Below, piece by piece: positions 1 to 8,368 of a stretch of DNA of 64,000 nt. The stretch's first letter is position 1. Every line of letters starts with the position of its first letter. Source of the stretch: Acidobacteriaceae bacterium. GTDB taxonomy: Bacteria > Acidobacteriota > Terriglobia > Terriglobales > Acidobacteriaceae. The stretch spans positions 13,186 to 77,185 of the forward strand of contig JBAVOQ010000015.1 in the NCBI GenBank assembly GCA_049692235.1, written 5' to 3'. Position numbers and translations under genes: made by a program. The notes under the pieces were generated by a model, which saw only the letters and a list, made by a program, of their open reading frames with translations, ran no database searches and was not told where the DNA came from.

Positions 1-1
1 G

Positions 2-1216
2 CAGCACCTCGCACCGCAATCGCAACTAAGCGGGGAGCAGGGTGTGCTGCAGGCACTCTCGCAGCTGGAAGGTTTTGAAGTGCCTGCGGTTGAATGGGAA
101 CAGTCGCTCCTGGCCCACCGGGTGACCGGCTACGATCCTCGCTGGCTCGATCAGTTATGCCTGTCGGGAGCGGTCGGCTGGGGTCGGGTCTCGCCGCATC
201 CAGCGTGGTCTGCAGCAGAAGGCGGTGCCCCGCGCAGAGTTGTTCCCACAGGCATGTCGCCGATTACCTTTTATATTCGGGAGACTGCACTATGGCTGGA
301 CGCGGTGCTGGAAAACCAGTCTGTCGACGAAGCGAAATTGCGCCAGTCGTTGAGCCAGGAGGCCCAACAAATTCGCACGCGGCTGGAAGATCGCGGCGCA
401 TGTTTCGTGGAAGAACTGCAGCGGACGACCGAGCTGACAACGGAGCAAGTTGAGCATGCGCTGTGGGAGTTGACTGCAGCTGGTCTGGCCGCGGCGGACG
501 GATTCGATCAACTGCGCTCCATCATGGATTCCAAGCGCAAGTCGGCAGCGTATGTGCAGCGAATGAAAATTCCTGGCAAGCGTATGCGCAGTGCGGCGGG
601 ACGATGGTATCTGTTGCGCAATGTAGCCAGCCTTAATGCAGCCGCTGCGCAACAGGCGCGTATTGATGACCAGGCGATGGAGTCGGCGGCCTGGGTTTTA
701 TTGCGGCGCTACGGAATCTTGTTTCGCGACCTTCTGAAACGCGAGACGACCATGCCGAAGTGGCGCGAATTGCTGGGAGTATTGCGGCGGCTGGAGGCGC
801 GCGGAGAAGTACGTGGAGGACGATTTGTCAGCGGATTCAGTGGGGAACAGTATGCGTTGCCGGAGGCGGTTGAGTCCTTGCGCATGGCTCGCATGCGCAA
901 GGCCGAGCCAACTGACGTTGCAACCATCCCCGTGGCGGCGGCGGATCCCATGAACCTTGTCGATATCATCGTTCCTGGAAAACGCGCATCCGCGATTTCC
1001 GGGCGGGTGGTCACCTATCGCGACGGAAAGTCAGAATCGGAAACGCCGACATCCACAATCGAAACGGAGTCGCGTGCGAACCATCCGCCAACTCGGAATC
1101 GACCGCCTCGCCATGTTCCTGCGCGAAAGAAATTGCTTCCGTCTGGCGAACGCAGCAACCATGGAAGCGATTCACATCCGGATCGCTCACGCCAGGAGCG
1201 GCTGTTTCCCGGCTGA
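2..1216 (+). CDS. lhr: C-terminal part of an Lhr-family ATP-dependent helicase (5' end outside the window)
   Basis: The frame of ORF 44..1216 is open back to nt 2. The sequence LEGFEVPAVEWEQSLLAHRVTGYDPRWLDQLCLSGAVGWGR resembles the conserved C-terminal domain of Lhr-like DEAD/DEAH helicases. The last ~60 aa are R/P/S/T-rich and may not be native. Confidence 0.6.
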   Translation, partial: QHLAPQSQLSGEQGVLQALSQLEGFEVPAVEWEQSLLAHRVTGYDPRWLDQLCLSGAVGWGRVSPHPAWSAAEGGAPRRVVPTGMSPITFYIRETALWLDAVLENQSVDEAKLRQSLSQEAQQIRTRLEDRGACFVEELQRTTELTTEQVEHALWELTAAGLAAADGFDQLRSIMDSKRKSAAYVQRMKIPGKRMRSAAGRWYLLRNVASLNAAAAQQARIDDQAMESAAWVLLRRYGILFRDLLKRETTMPKWRELLGVLRRLEARGEVRGGRFVSGFSGEQYALPEAVESLRMARMRKAEPTDVATIPVAAADPMNLVDIIVPGKRASAISGRVVTYRDGKSESETPTSTIETESRANHPPTRNRPPRHVPARKKLLPSGERSNHGSDSHPDRSRQERLFPG

Positions 1217-1323
1217 TCGCCACGTACATTGCATAGTCCGGATCGACCAGTTCGTAGACCTCGCTGCATCGATGGGCACTCAGCTTGGCCGAGGCGCGCG
1301 GGCGATTGGATCTTTCGCTCGCA

Positions 1324-3657
1324 TCAAAACGTGGTGTTCAGTCGGAGATTGAAGCTGCGGCCGGGGCCGATGGCATTGCCGGAAAACAGTCCACCAAAAT
1401 CGATCACGTCAAGCTGGTTGCTCAGGTTAGCCCCGTCTGCCTGCAGATTCATGGTGACGCGCTTGTTTCGGTAGAGTTCCGCGGCGGCAGTCGCATCGAA
1501 CAGCAGCGCCGGCTGTACACGGCCGCGGACAAAGTTCAGACGGTTCACGACAGCCAGGCCATATTGTGCGATCGCCTCCGCTTCCGTTCCTGTGTAGTCG
1601 AAAGGCAAGCCGGAGTTGTATTCTGCTCCGGCCGCCAGCCAGAAGCGCGGCGTTAGTTGATCGCGAAAGCGCGTTCTGACCGTGTTACGCTGATCCTGCG
1701 AATCGGGAAAGTGTCCGGAGAGCTGGCTGGCTGCGCTGCTCGCGTCCTGGCCGAGAAAAAGACCTCCCGTGACTGGAAGCCAGACATTGCCGACCATGTA
1801 GGAATAACTGGCGAAGCCACTGAATTTGCCAAGGCGAAGCAGTTCGAACTTCCCTTCTTCGCCGTAGATGACTGCATGATCAAACGCGATCGGATAGCTG
1901 ATGCCGGTATTCAGCAATTGATTGTCGTCCGCGAAATTACTCACGTCGCGACGATACACATTCACATCGACCCGCATGCGCGCAAGCAACGCTTTCGACA
2001 TGCCGGCTTCGTAATAATTTCCGCGTGAGGGCGGCACCGGAAGCCGCAGGAATTGATGGCTGAGGGCATCTACCTGGGGCGAGCTGGAAAGCAGAATGTT
2101 CTCAAACGACGGCGTCTGAAACACGCGGTCGTAGGAGGCGTGCAGCATCAGGTTGGCTGCCGGAAAATAGCGTCCGACGGAAAGCCGCGGGCTGAATGCA
2201 AACTCATTCCTGAGGAGTTGATAGTGGTCATATCGAAGTCCGACGCTGACCGTCCACTTGCCGAGGCGCACAAGATCCTCGGCGAAGGCGGACTGCTCAA
2301 GGTCCGGACGGCTCGCGCTAAAGCTGAAGGTCGGCGGAGTATTCGGATCGAACTGCGATGGGTCGGTGATGATGTAGTTGAAATTCTCGTTGAGGAAAAT
2401 GTTGTCAGACTCGACGCCGGCTTTCATCTCCTGATTGCCGTGGTGCAGAGAATACATCCCCTTGAAGTATCCTTCACGGAAATGATTATGCTGGAACACA
2501 ATGATCGGCGTCGAAGCGGCGTTGGACTTGAGGTCGTTGGAGTTGTCGCGCATCATGCCGGCCAGCGTGGCGATACTGTTGGTAGAGAAAGTGTGCTGAT
2601 CGTGAACGGTGCCCATGGTCTCAAAGTTGTCGCCGTACTGGCGCTGACCCGCCTGCTGCTGCACCAGTTCGTTGGGAATTTGAAACCGCGAAAGCTCATG
2701 CCGAATGCCAAGACTGAGTCGATCCGCAGCTGAAAAATCGCGCTCGTAGCGGCCAGAAAAGTCGCCGGTCGTGTCGGTGTTGGTGTAATTTTCGGGAACC
2801 ACCGGGTTAAGATAGTGGTCGGTCATGCTGCCCGCACCGGTGGCGCCAAAAGTATTCTTGCCGCGCAGGTATTGCAACTCCGCGAAGGCGGAGCCCGTGT
2901 CGTAGCTCCCGCCGGAAAGCACCACCTGGCCGTGCAGACCGGCATTGGTGTCACGAACTGTGTTCAACTCCACGACCCCGCCCATCTTTCGGCCGTATTC
3001 TGCCGGAAACCCTGCCGTATAGACGCTGACGGAAGAGAGATCGTTCGCTTCGATTTCGGGACCGAAACTGGGCGAACGATTATCGGTGAGCGGAATGCCG
3101 TTGATCACGAATTGAGTTTGATATTCGGACCCGCGGGGATGCAGCACGGCATTTCCCTCGTACAGCCATCCCGGCTGCGAGTTCACTAGACTCTGCACCG
3201 ATCGCCCCGGCAGCGATGCCACGCGATCCTGGATTTGCTGCGATCCGATCTGCATCACAGACGACGGCATGTAGGGGTCAATGACTGTATTGGGTGCACT
3301 CACCTTGACGACCGTCGTAATGGGAGCGAGATCAAGATGCAGGCTGCGCTCAATGGGAATCGCGGAATGTATGTCGGCGCTTATGGATGCGGGCGCAAAA
3401 CCGGGTCGATCTACTTGGACGGAATAAATGCCGAAGGGAAGTTCCTTGCAGTCGATGGCGCCCGAAGAATCGGTGGTGAGGGTGTCGCGGTAGTGCGTTC
3501 CCTCACTGCTCACCGTGACAGCCACATGCGGGGCCGCGCCCGTCGGATCGGTGACGACGACACGAAGTTCACCCGTATTCACCTGAGCCAGTACACTCCA
3601 AGCCGCACTCAGCGCCAGCAGGCGGAGGATTTTGATTGCACGCGAGGACACAGTCAT
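1324..3657 (-). CDS. TonB-dependent outer-membrane receptor with an N-terminal carboxypeptidase-regulatory-like domain
   Basis: 777-aa ORF with a signal peptide (LALSAAWSVLAQ). GELRVVVTDPTG...GIYSVQVDRPGF matches a CarboxypepD_reg fold. Plug-like segment SLPGRSVQSLV...GSEYQTQFVINGIPL. The long beta-barrel ends in an aromatic residue (..NLRLNTTF). Confidence 0.8.
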   Translation of the reverse strand: MTVSSRAIKILRLLALSAAWSVLAQVNTGELRVVVTDPTGAAPHVAVTVSSEGTHYRDTLTTDSSGAIDCKELPFGIYSVQVDRPGFAPASISADIHSAIPIERSLHLDLAPITTVVKVSAPNTVIDPYMPSSVMQIGSQQIQDRVASLPGRSVQSLVNSQPGWLYEGNAVLHPRGSEYQTQFVINGIPLTDNRSPSFGPEIEANDLSSVSVYTAGFPAEYGRKMGGVVELNTVRDTNAGLHGQVVLSGGSYDTGSAFAELQYLRGKNTFGATGAGSMTDHYLNPVVPENYTNTDTTGDFSGRYERDFSAADRLSLGIRHELSRFQIPNELVQQQAGQRQYGDNFETMGTVHDQHTFSTNSIATLAGMMRDNSNDLKSNAASTPIIVFQHNHFREGYFKGMYSLHHGNQEMKAGVESDNIFLNENFNYIITDPSQFDPNTPPTFSFSASRPDLEQSAFAEDLVRLGKWTVSVGLRYDHYQLLRNEFAFSPRLSVGRYFPAANLMLHASYDRVFQTPSFENILLSSSPQVDALSHQFLRLPVPPSRGNYYEAGMSKALLARMRVDVNVYRRDVSNFADDNQLLNTGISYPIAFDHAVIYGEEGKFELLRLGKFSGFASYSYMVGNVWLPVTGGLFLGQDASSAASQLSGHFPDSQDQRNTVRTRFRDQLTPRFWLAAGAEYNSGLPFDYTGTEAEAIAQYGLAVVNRLNFVRGRVQPALLFDATAAAELYRNKRVTMNLQADGANLSNQLDVIDFGGLFSGNAIGPGRSFNLRLNTTF

Positions 3658-3897
3658 ACGAGTGACAGCGAAGTTGACAGGTTGTTTCAGTGTAGCTCCA
3701 GCAATTGAGGCACAGTCGCGCGTGTGGGCCTGTTCGCGCGCCGCAAATTTTCTCTGGCTGCAATGTGCAGTCGAGTCGCGCCCGCCACGGGGTTAGGAGA
3801 ACTTTACCCTGGTTTGCGACTATGCGGATGGACGCGCCACATTGCCGGCGCAAATCGCACCGGCAACGATTTCAGATTCTATTCCAAGAAGCCAGGT

Positions 3898-5388
3898 TTA
3901 GTTTGCGCCGAAGCTTGCGTTAATCTTCCCTGCTCTCGCGGCAGAGGAGGATGCATGATCGTTCATCCGAAACTTGGCCCAGGGAGTGCCTTGCATATCT
4001 CGCAGCACAGGCTTCGCCCACGCGAACTCAGGGTGCTTCGCCAGGAACGGTCCCACCAGAAACGGTTCGCCGCAAGGGCGATTGGTCCGCGCCATAAATG
4101 ACATTTTGCCGATCATCGAACTATCGGCCGCTTTGGCGTTGCCCGCGCCCCCCGGTTCAAAGGGCGGATCGCCCCATATTTCAACACCTCGTTCAGAGAG
4201 GTCTTGATGCCCGCACAAGGTGCGCTCATTCGCTCCCATTTTCCCGGTATACGCGTCGAGGTGATCGGCCAAAAATTTCTGCGCCAGCGGAACGTCAATC
4301 TGACCCTTATATTGCGCCATCACTTCCTTCCAACGCTTGTGCCGCGCGTTGGCCGTGTTGCCGGCGTCGTTGGGATCGAAGGTTGTCTCTTCCGTGGTGA
4401 GGGTGGGATCACTGGGAAAGTTGGATCCAACAAAATAGCCATTCTTGGTGCGCCACAGGCGATGGTATTTCAGCCCCAGTTCCAGGCGAGCGATTTCTCC
4501 GGTGTGGTTGTCGGCGATCAGCCAATCGTTAGCATAACCACCGGTATTTCCCTTCACCATCAGGCGTTCAAAGTCGTCGATATTCGCCGAGTACTGCATG
4601 GCCTTACGCGCACGAACAAATTCCGGCACGCCATTGGGGTCGAACGCATGGAATCCGCTGATGGTTGTTTCTGTGATGGCAATGCCCGCGGAATTGATTC
4701 CGAAATCGTCGCCGCTGTCGATCTTGCCCGGCCATCCATCCATCAAAATGCGATACCCGTGTTGCGGAACAATGTCATACATAATGCGCCAGCGCTCACC
4801 TTCAAGAAACGGACTCCACAGGCTGTGAGCGATGACCGGCTTATGGTCGCGTGTCCAGGCGCCAGTGGCGACAAAGGCGCTGCAGCGACCGCGAGGGCTC
4901 AAGCTTGCAACGGCGGTCGGATGCTCTTTGCTTTTCAGATACGGCACGTAATACTCGTCCGTCTCATTGAAGCCGTTTACCGCGACCACGTCCCAAATAT
5001 CCATGTCGGTGATGCCGTGGGCCTTCAGGCCGTCCGCGATTCCCTGCAGTTCTTCGCGATACTCGGCTTCAATATGCGGCCAGTAGACGTTTTTCGCGGT
5101 CGCGCGATAAAACTTCCAGCTGCGATGCGTGTTGTGCGTGTCTTCTAACTGAATGGCGTGAAAGCCATCTTCGATCTCAGGAGCGAGTAAATATCCATTG
5201 CCGAAACCGATCTGGTGAGGCGTTCCTTGCAGGTGGACATAGACCCAATTGGCCCGCTCAAAGCGATAGGCCCCGTGCAACTCTGGAGGCGTGGAGTGCG
5301 ATTGTGCCCTAGCCATCGGAGAGTTGGCGGCGATGAGAATGAAACCGAACAAAACAGGAAAAAGAAAACTGCGGAAATGAAAGCGCAT
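3898..5388 (-). CDS. Secreted Ntn-hydrolase, C45 peptidase / phospholipase-B-like family
   Basis: Signal peptide MRFHFRSFLFPVLFGFILIAANSPMARAQ, taken from the internal ATG at 5388. The candidate nucleophile Cys lies in GRCSAFVATGAW, as in acyl-CoA:6-APA acyltransferase/PLB-like proteins. Family assignment is from motif memory only. Confidence 0.55.
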   Translation of the reverse strand: MRFHFRSFLFPVLFGFILIAANSPMARAQSHSTPPELHGAYRFERANWVYVHLQGTPHQIGFGNGYLLAPEIEDGFHAIQLEDTHNTHRSWKFYRATAKNVYWPHIEAEYREELQGIADGLKAHGITDMDIWDVVAVNGFNETDEYYVPYLKSKEHPTAVASLSPRGRCSAFVATGAWTRDHKPVIAHSLWSPFLEGERWRIMYDIVPQHGYRILMDGWPGKIDSGDDFGINSAGIAITETTISGFHAFDPNGVPEFVRARKAMQYSANIDDFERLMVKGNTGGYANDWLIADNHTGEIARLELGLKYHRLWRTKNGYFVGSNFPSDPTLTTEETTFDPNDAGNTANARHKRWKEVMAQYKGQIDVPLAQKFLADHLDAYTGKMGANERTLCGHQDLSERGVEIWGDPPFEPGGAGNAKAADSSMIGKMSFMARTNRPCGEPFLVGPFLAKHPEFAWAKPVLRDMQGTPWAKFRMNDHASSSAARAGKINASFGAN

Positions 5389-5468
5389 TCGTTGGCCCCT
5401 CCGACTCAGGCTAACGTTGAAAACTGCCCAAGGCAAACACTATTCGGAGTCTTGGCGACTTGCAACGC

Positions 5469-5513
5469 ATGGAGCACCGGGCGGGAATCGAACCCGCAAA
5501 TACTGGTTTTGCA
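5469..5513 (-). repeat. Partial copy of the tRNA-Cys 3' half (anticodon loop to CCA); candidate att direct repeat
   Basis: 5469..5513 matches 20252..20296 at 44 of 45 positions (single G/A difference at 5498), in the same orientation. The upstream sequence cannot form the acceptor 5' strand or the anticodon stem, so this is not a functional tRNA. Confidence 0.8.
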
Positions 5514-5596
5514 AGGCAGTTCAGCATTGCGGCAGAGCGATCGGCATCGGAGTGCACTTTCCGGCTCTCTTGCGTGTCTCCTTGCACGCCGCCGCT

Positions 5597-8293
5597 CTAC
5601 TGCGCCAGCATCACCTGCCCATTGACATGGAAGCGCCCGGTCGCGACGGGAGAGCCGGTATCTGGTTGGCCGCCGCCGATCGAGATGGTGTAATCACCCG
5701 GTGCGACGATCGAGTTGCCGTCTTCGGTCACCATACTCAGATCGCGCTTATTCAGACGGAAGGTGACGGTCTGACTGGCGCCTGGCTCCAGATACACCCT
5801 TTGGAATCCGCGCAGCGCAATGCGCGGCGCGCCTGTCACGCCGGGAAACCTGAGGTAAAGCTGCGCTACCTCATCACCGGCCACGCGCCCCGTATTGGTA
5901 ACCGTGGCGGACGCGGTCAGCGGATCGCCGGCAGCTATCTGATTCTGTGGCAGCGTGAGATTGCTGAAGGCGAAGGTGGTGTAACTGAGGCCGTAGCCGA
6001 AGGGATAGAGCGGCTTGCCTTGAAAATAGCGATATGTCCGATTCTTCATTGCGTAATCTTCGAAGTTCGGCAACTGGTTCAGACTCTTGTAGAAGGTGAC
6101 GGGCAGCTTGCCTCCGGGATTGTTTTTTCCGCTCAGCGTGTCCGCAATGGCAGCGCCGCCTTCCTCTCCGGAGTACCACGACTCGAGGACCGCATTGGCG
6201 TGCTGGTTTGCCCAGTTCACCGCCACTGCACTGCCGTTCATCAGCACCACCACCAGCGGCTTGCCGGTTGCGCTGACGGCTTGCAGCAGATCCTGCTCCG
6301 GTTGCGGCAACTGAATGCTGGTGCGGTCGCCGCCGACAAATCCCGGCTCGTGAACCGGCATCTCCTCACCTTCGAGTTCGCTGGTCAGGCCCACGGCTGC
6401 AATCACAACATCAGCTTTTCGTGCCGCCTCCAGAGCTTCCGGCGATACGCTGTTGTCCACCTTCGCCCACACCAGTTGAGTGATCGGCTTGTCGCCGTTC
6501 CGCGTGCCACACGTCACCTGCAGGGATACTTTTTCGCCCGCGTCGAGGTGAATTCGGCCCAGCTTCGAATCTGTTCCGTTGCCGCCATACTGGCTCACCA
6601 GGTCCTCGCCGTTCACCCGCACTCTCGCGAATCCGTTGGAACGGATGCCGAGCAGGTAGTCGCCCGTCTGGGTTGGATTCAGGAAGCCCATCCATTCCGC
6701 GAGGAAGCCGTTTTTGCCCTTGACCGCAGCAGGCAGGCTTTCCCCCGTCAGGTTAAGCGTCGGCTCCGTGCGGAGCATTGTGGGTTTTGGCCGCTTGTCG
6801 CTGAACATCGACTGACCACCGCCGGCCGTGTATTCGGCTTTCAGACCCGGCTTGCCTTCTGGCGTAGTCAGCAGCGCTGCAGGCACCGGCTCTCCAATGT
6901 CCTTTCTTAGAAATTGGATTCCGGGCACAAACGTGATCTTCGCATTCGGAAACTCCGCCTTCATCCCTTCCAGCAGACTCACCGTATGCGTGGGAGTGCC
7001 ATTGTAGTTGCCGAGCAGTACCGCGGTCTGGTCGGCCAGCGGTCCTACGATCGCGATGCTTTTCACTCCGGAGTTCAACGGCAATACACCGTCATCCTTC
7101 AGCAGCACCATCGACTCGTCCGCCAGTTTCCGCGCAAGCTTCCGGTGCTCCGCGCTGTCCAGTTGGGTCTTGTCGACGTTCGCGAAGGGATCCGCTCCCG
7201 GCGGGTCGAACATTCCCAGCTTGATGCGCGCGGTAAACTGCCGCACCAGAGCCGCATCCAGCGCGCTCTCGCTTAGATAACCCTGCTGCACCGCTTCGAT
7301 ATACGGCTTGTAGTCGCTGCCATCCGCAACCGGAGAGACGCCGAAGCATTCATTATCCATGCCGCGTTCCACGGAGATGGCTGTGGACTGCGCCTGGCTG
7401 GGCCGGTAATGGTGTCCAGTGTAGATGTCGCGTACGGCTCCGCAGTCCGATACTACGTAACCCTGGAATCCCCACGCCTCGCGCAGTTCCTTCTGCAGCA
7501 GGAACTCGTTCGCGCACGCCGGCTGCCCATTGATTGCGTTATACGCGCACATGATCGAGCCTGCATGTCCCTGCACGATGGCCGCACGGAACGCCGGGAG
7601 ATACGTATCCACCATGTCGTGCTTGCTGACATCCACATCGGCGAAGTGGCGCGTCGGTTCCGGTCCGCTGTGCACATCAAAGTGCTTCGGCGTGGAGATC
7701 ACGCGGTAATATTTTGGATTGTCGCCCTGCATGCCCGTCACAAAGGCCACCGCCATGTGCGCGGTCAGGAAGGGATCCTCGCCGTAAGTCTCCTGGCCGC
7801 GTCCCCAGCGCGGATCGCGGAAAATGTTCACGTTCGGCGCCCAGAAGTCCAGCCCGTGAAAGATTGGCGAGTTCCCGTCCTGCAGCGCTTCCTGGTGCAC
7901 CACGCGTCCCTCAATGCCGATGTCCGTGGCCATTTCGTGGATAGCAGCGGAATCGAAGGTGGCTCCCAGCCCGATCGGCTCCGGAAATTCTGTCGTGCCG
8001 TTGACCGCGACGCCGTGCAGCGATTCACTCCACCAGTTGTAGGCAGGAATCTGCAGGCTCGGGATGGCGCGGGCATCGTTTACCATCTGCGAGGATTTCT
8101 GCTCCAGTGTCATGCGGGACACCAGATCCTCGGCGCGCTGGCGAGCCGGCAGAGCGGGATTGAGCCAGGGAGACTGTGTCAGGTCCGGCTGCTGGGACTG
8201 TTTCTGCGCCGGTGTCCGGCTTGGTGTCTGCGCCGCCGCCCATGCTGCGCTCATCGCCAATGCGATACATGCCATCATGCCTGCTCTTCTCAT
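5597..8293 (-). CDS. Glycoside hydrolase family 3 beta-xylosidase/beta-glucosidase with a PA14 insert
   Basis: Signal peptide from the ATG at 8293 (MRRAGMMACIALAMSAAWAAAQ). GH3 motifs: NWWSESLHGVA, KHFDVHSGPE, MCAYNAINGQPACAN, and GYVVSDCGAV with the nucleophile Asp. PA14-like segment GDYLLGIRSNGFARVRVNGEDL. Fn3-like C-terminus. Confidence 0.85.
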   Translation of the reverse strand: MRRAGMMACIALAMSAAWAAAQTPSRTPAQKQSQQPDLTQSPWLNPALPARQRAEDLVSRMTLEQKSSQMVNDARAIPSLQIPAYNWWSESLHGVAVNGTTEFPEPIGLGATFDSAAIHEMATDIGIEGRVVHQEALQDGNSPIFHGLDFWAPNVNIFRDPRWGRGQETYGEDPFLTAHMAVAFVTGMQGDNPKYYRVISTPKHFDVHSGPEPTRHFADVDVSKHDMVDTYLPAFRAAIVQGHAGSIMCAYNAINGQPACANEFLLQKELREAWGFQGYVVSDCGAVRDIYTGHHYRPSQAQSTAISVERGMDNECFGVSPVADGSDYKPYIEAVQQGYLSESALDAALVRQFTARIKLGMFDPPGADPFANVDKTQLDSAEHRKLARKLADESMVLLKDDGVLPLNSGVKSIAIVGPLADQTAVLLGNYNGTPTHTVSLLEGMKAEFPNAKITFVPGIQFLRKDIGEPVPAALLTTPEGKPGLKAEYTAGGGQSMFSDKRPKPTMLRTEPTLNLTGESLPAAVKGKNGFLAEWMGFLNPTQTGDYLLGIRSNGFARVRVNGEDLVSQYGGNGTDSKLGRIHLDAGEKVSLQVTCGTRNGDKPITQLVWAKVDNSVSPEALEAARKADVVIAAVGLTSELEGEEMPVHEPGFVGGDRTSIQLPQPEQDLLQAVSATGKPLVVVLMNGSAVAVNWANQHANAVLESWYSGEEGGAAIADTLSGKNNPGGKLPVTFYKSLNQLPNFEDYAMKNRTYRYFQGKPLYPFGYGLSYTTFAFSNLTLPQNQIAAGDPLTASATVTNTGRVAGDEVAQLYLRFPGVTGAPRIALRGFQRVYLEPGASQTVTFRLNKRDLSMVTEDGNSIVAPGDYTISIGGGQPDTGSPVATGRFHVNGQVMLAQ

Positions 8294-8368
8294 CGTCTGC
8301 GTCTCCGTTGTGAGCTTGCTTCTATTTGGTTGCTGCGGAATTCCGCAGGGGAAGCAATTTTTCATGCG

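Noticed and set aside
1011-1340. Minus-strand ORF (72 aa from ATG 1229; frame open to 1337) overlapping the odd R/P/S/T-rich tail of the Lhr ORF
   Set aside because: Its third-position GC looked slightly more gene-like than the Lhr tail when I tallied it by hand. However, I recognise no family, there is no convincing start or RBS, and it would have to overlap conserved Lhr sequence near 1011..1040. This stays unresolved. It could be settled by homology search of both frames and by checking for a frameshift near 1030..1050.
5469-5545. Possible second intact tRNA-Cys gene
   Set aside because: Only the 3' half matches, from the anticodon loop to CCA. The sequence where the 5' acceptor strand (needs GCACCGG) and the 5' anticodon-stem strand (needs CTGGT) should be reads GCACTCC and CTGCC, so no cloverleaf can form. 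I treat it as an att-type repeat.
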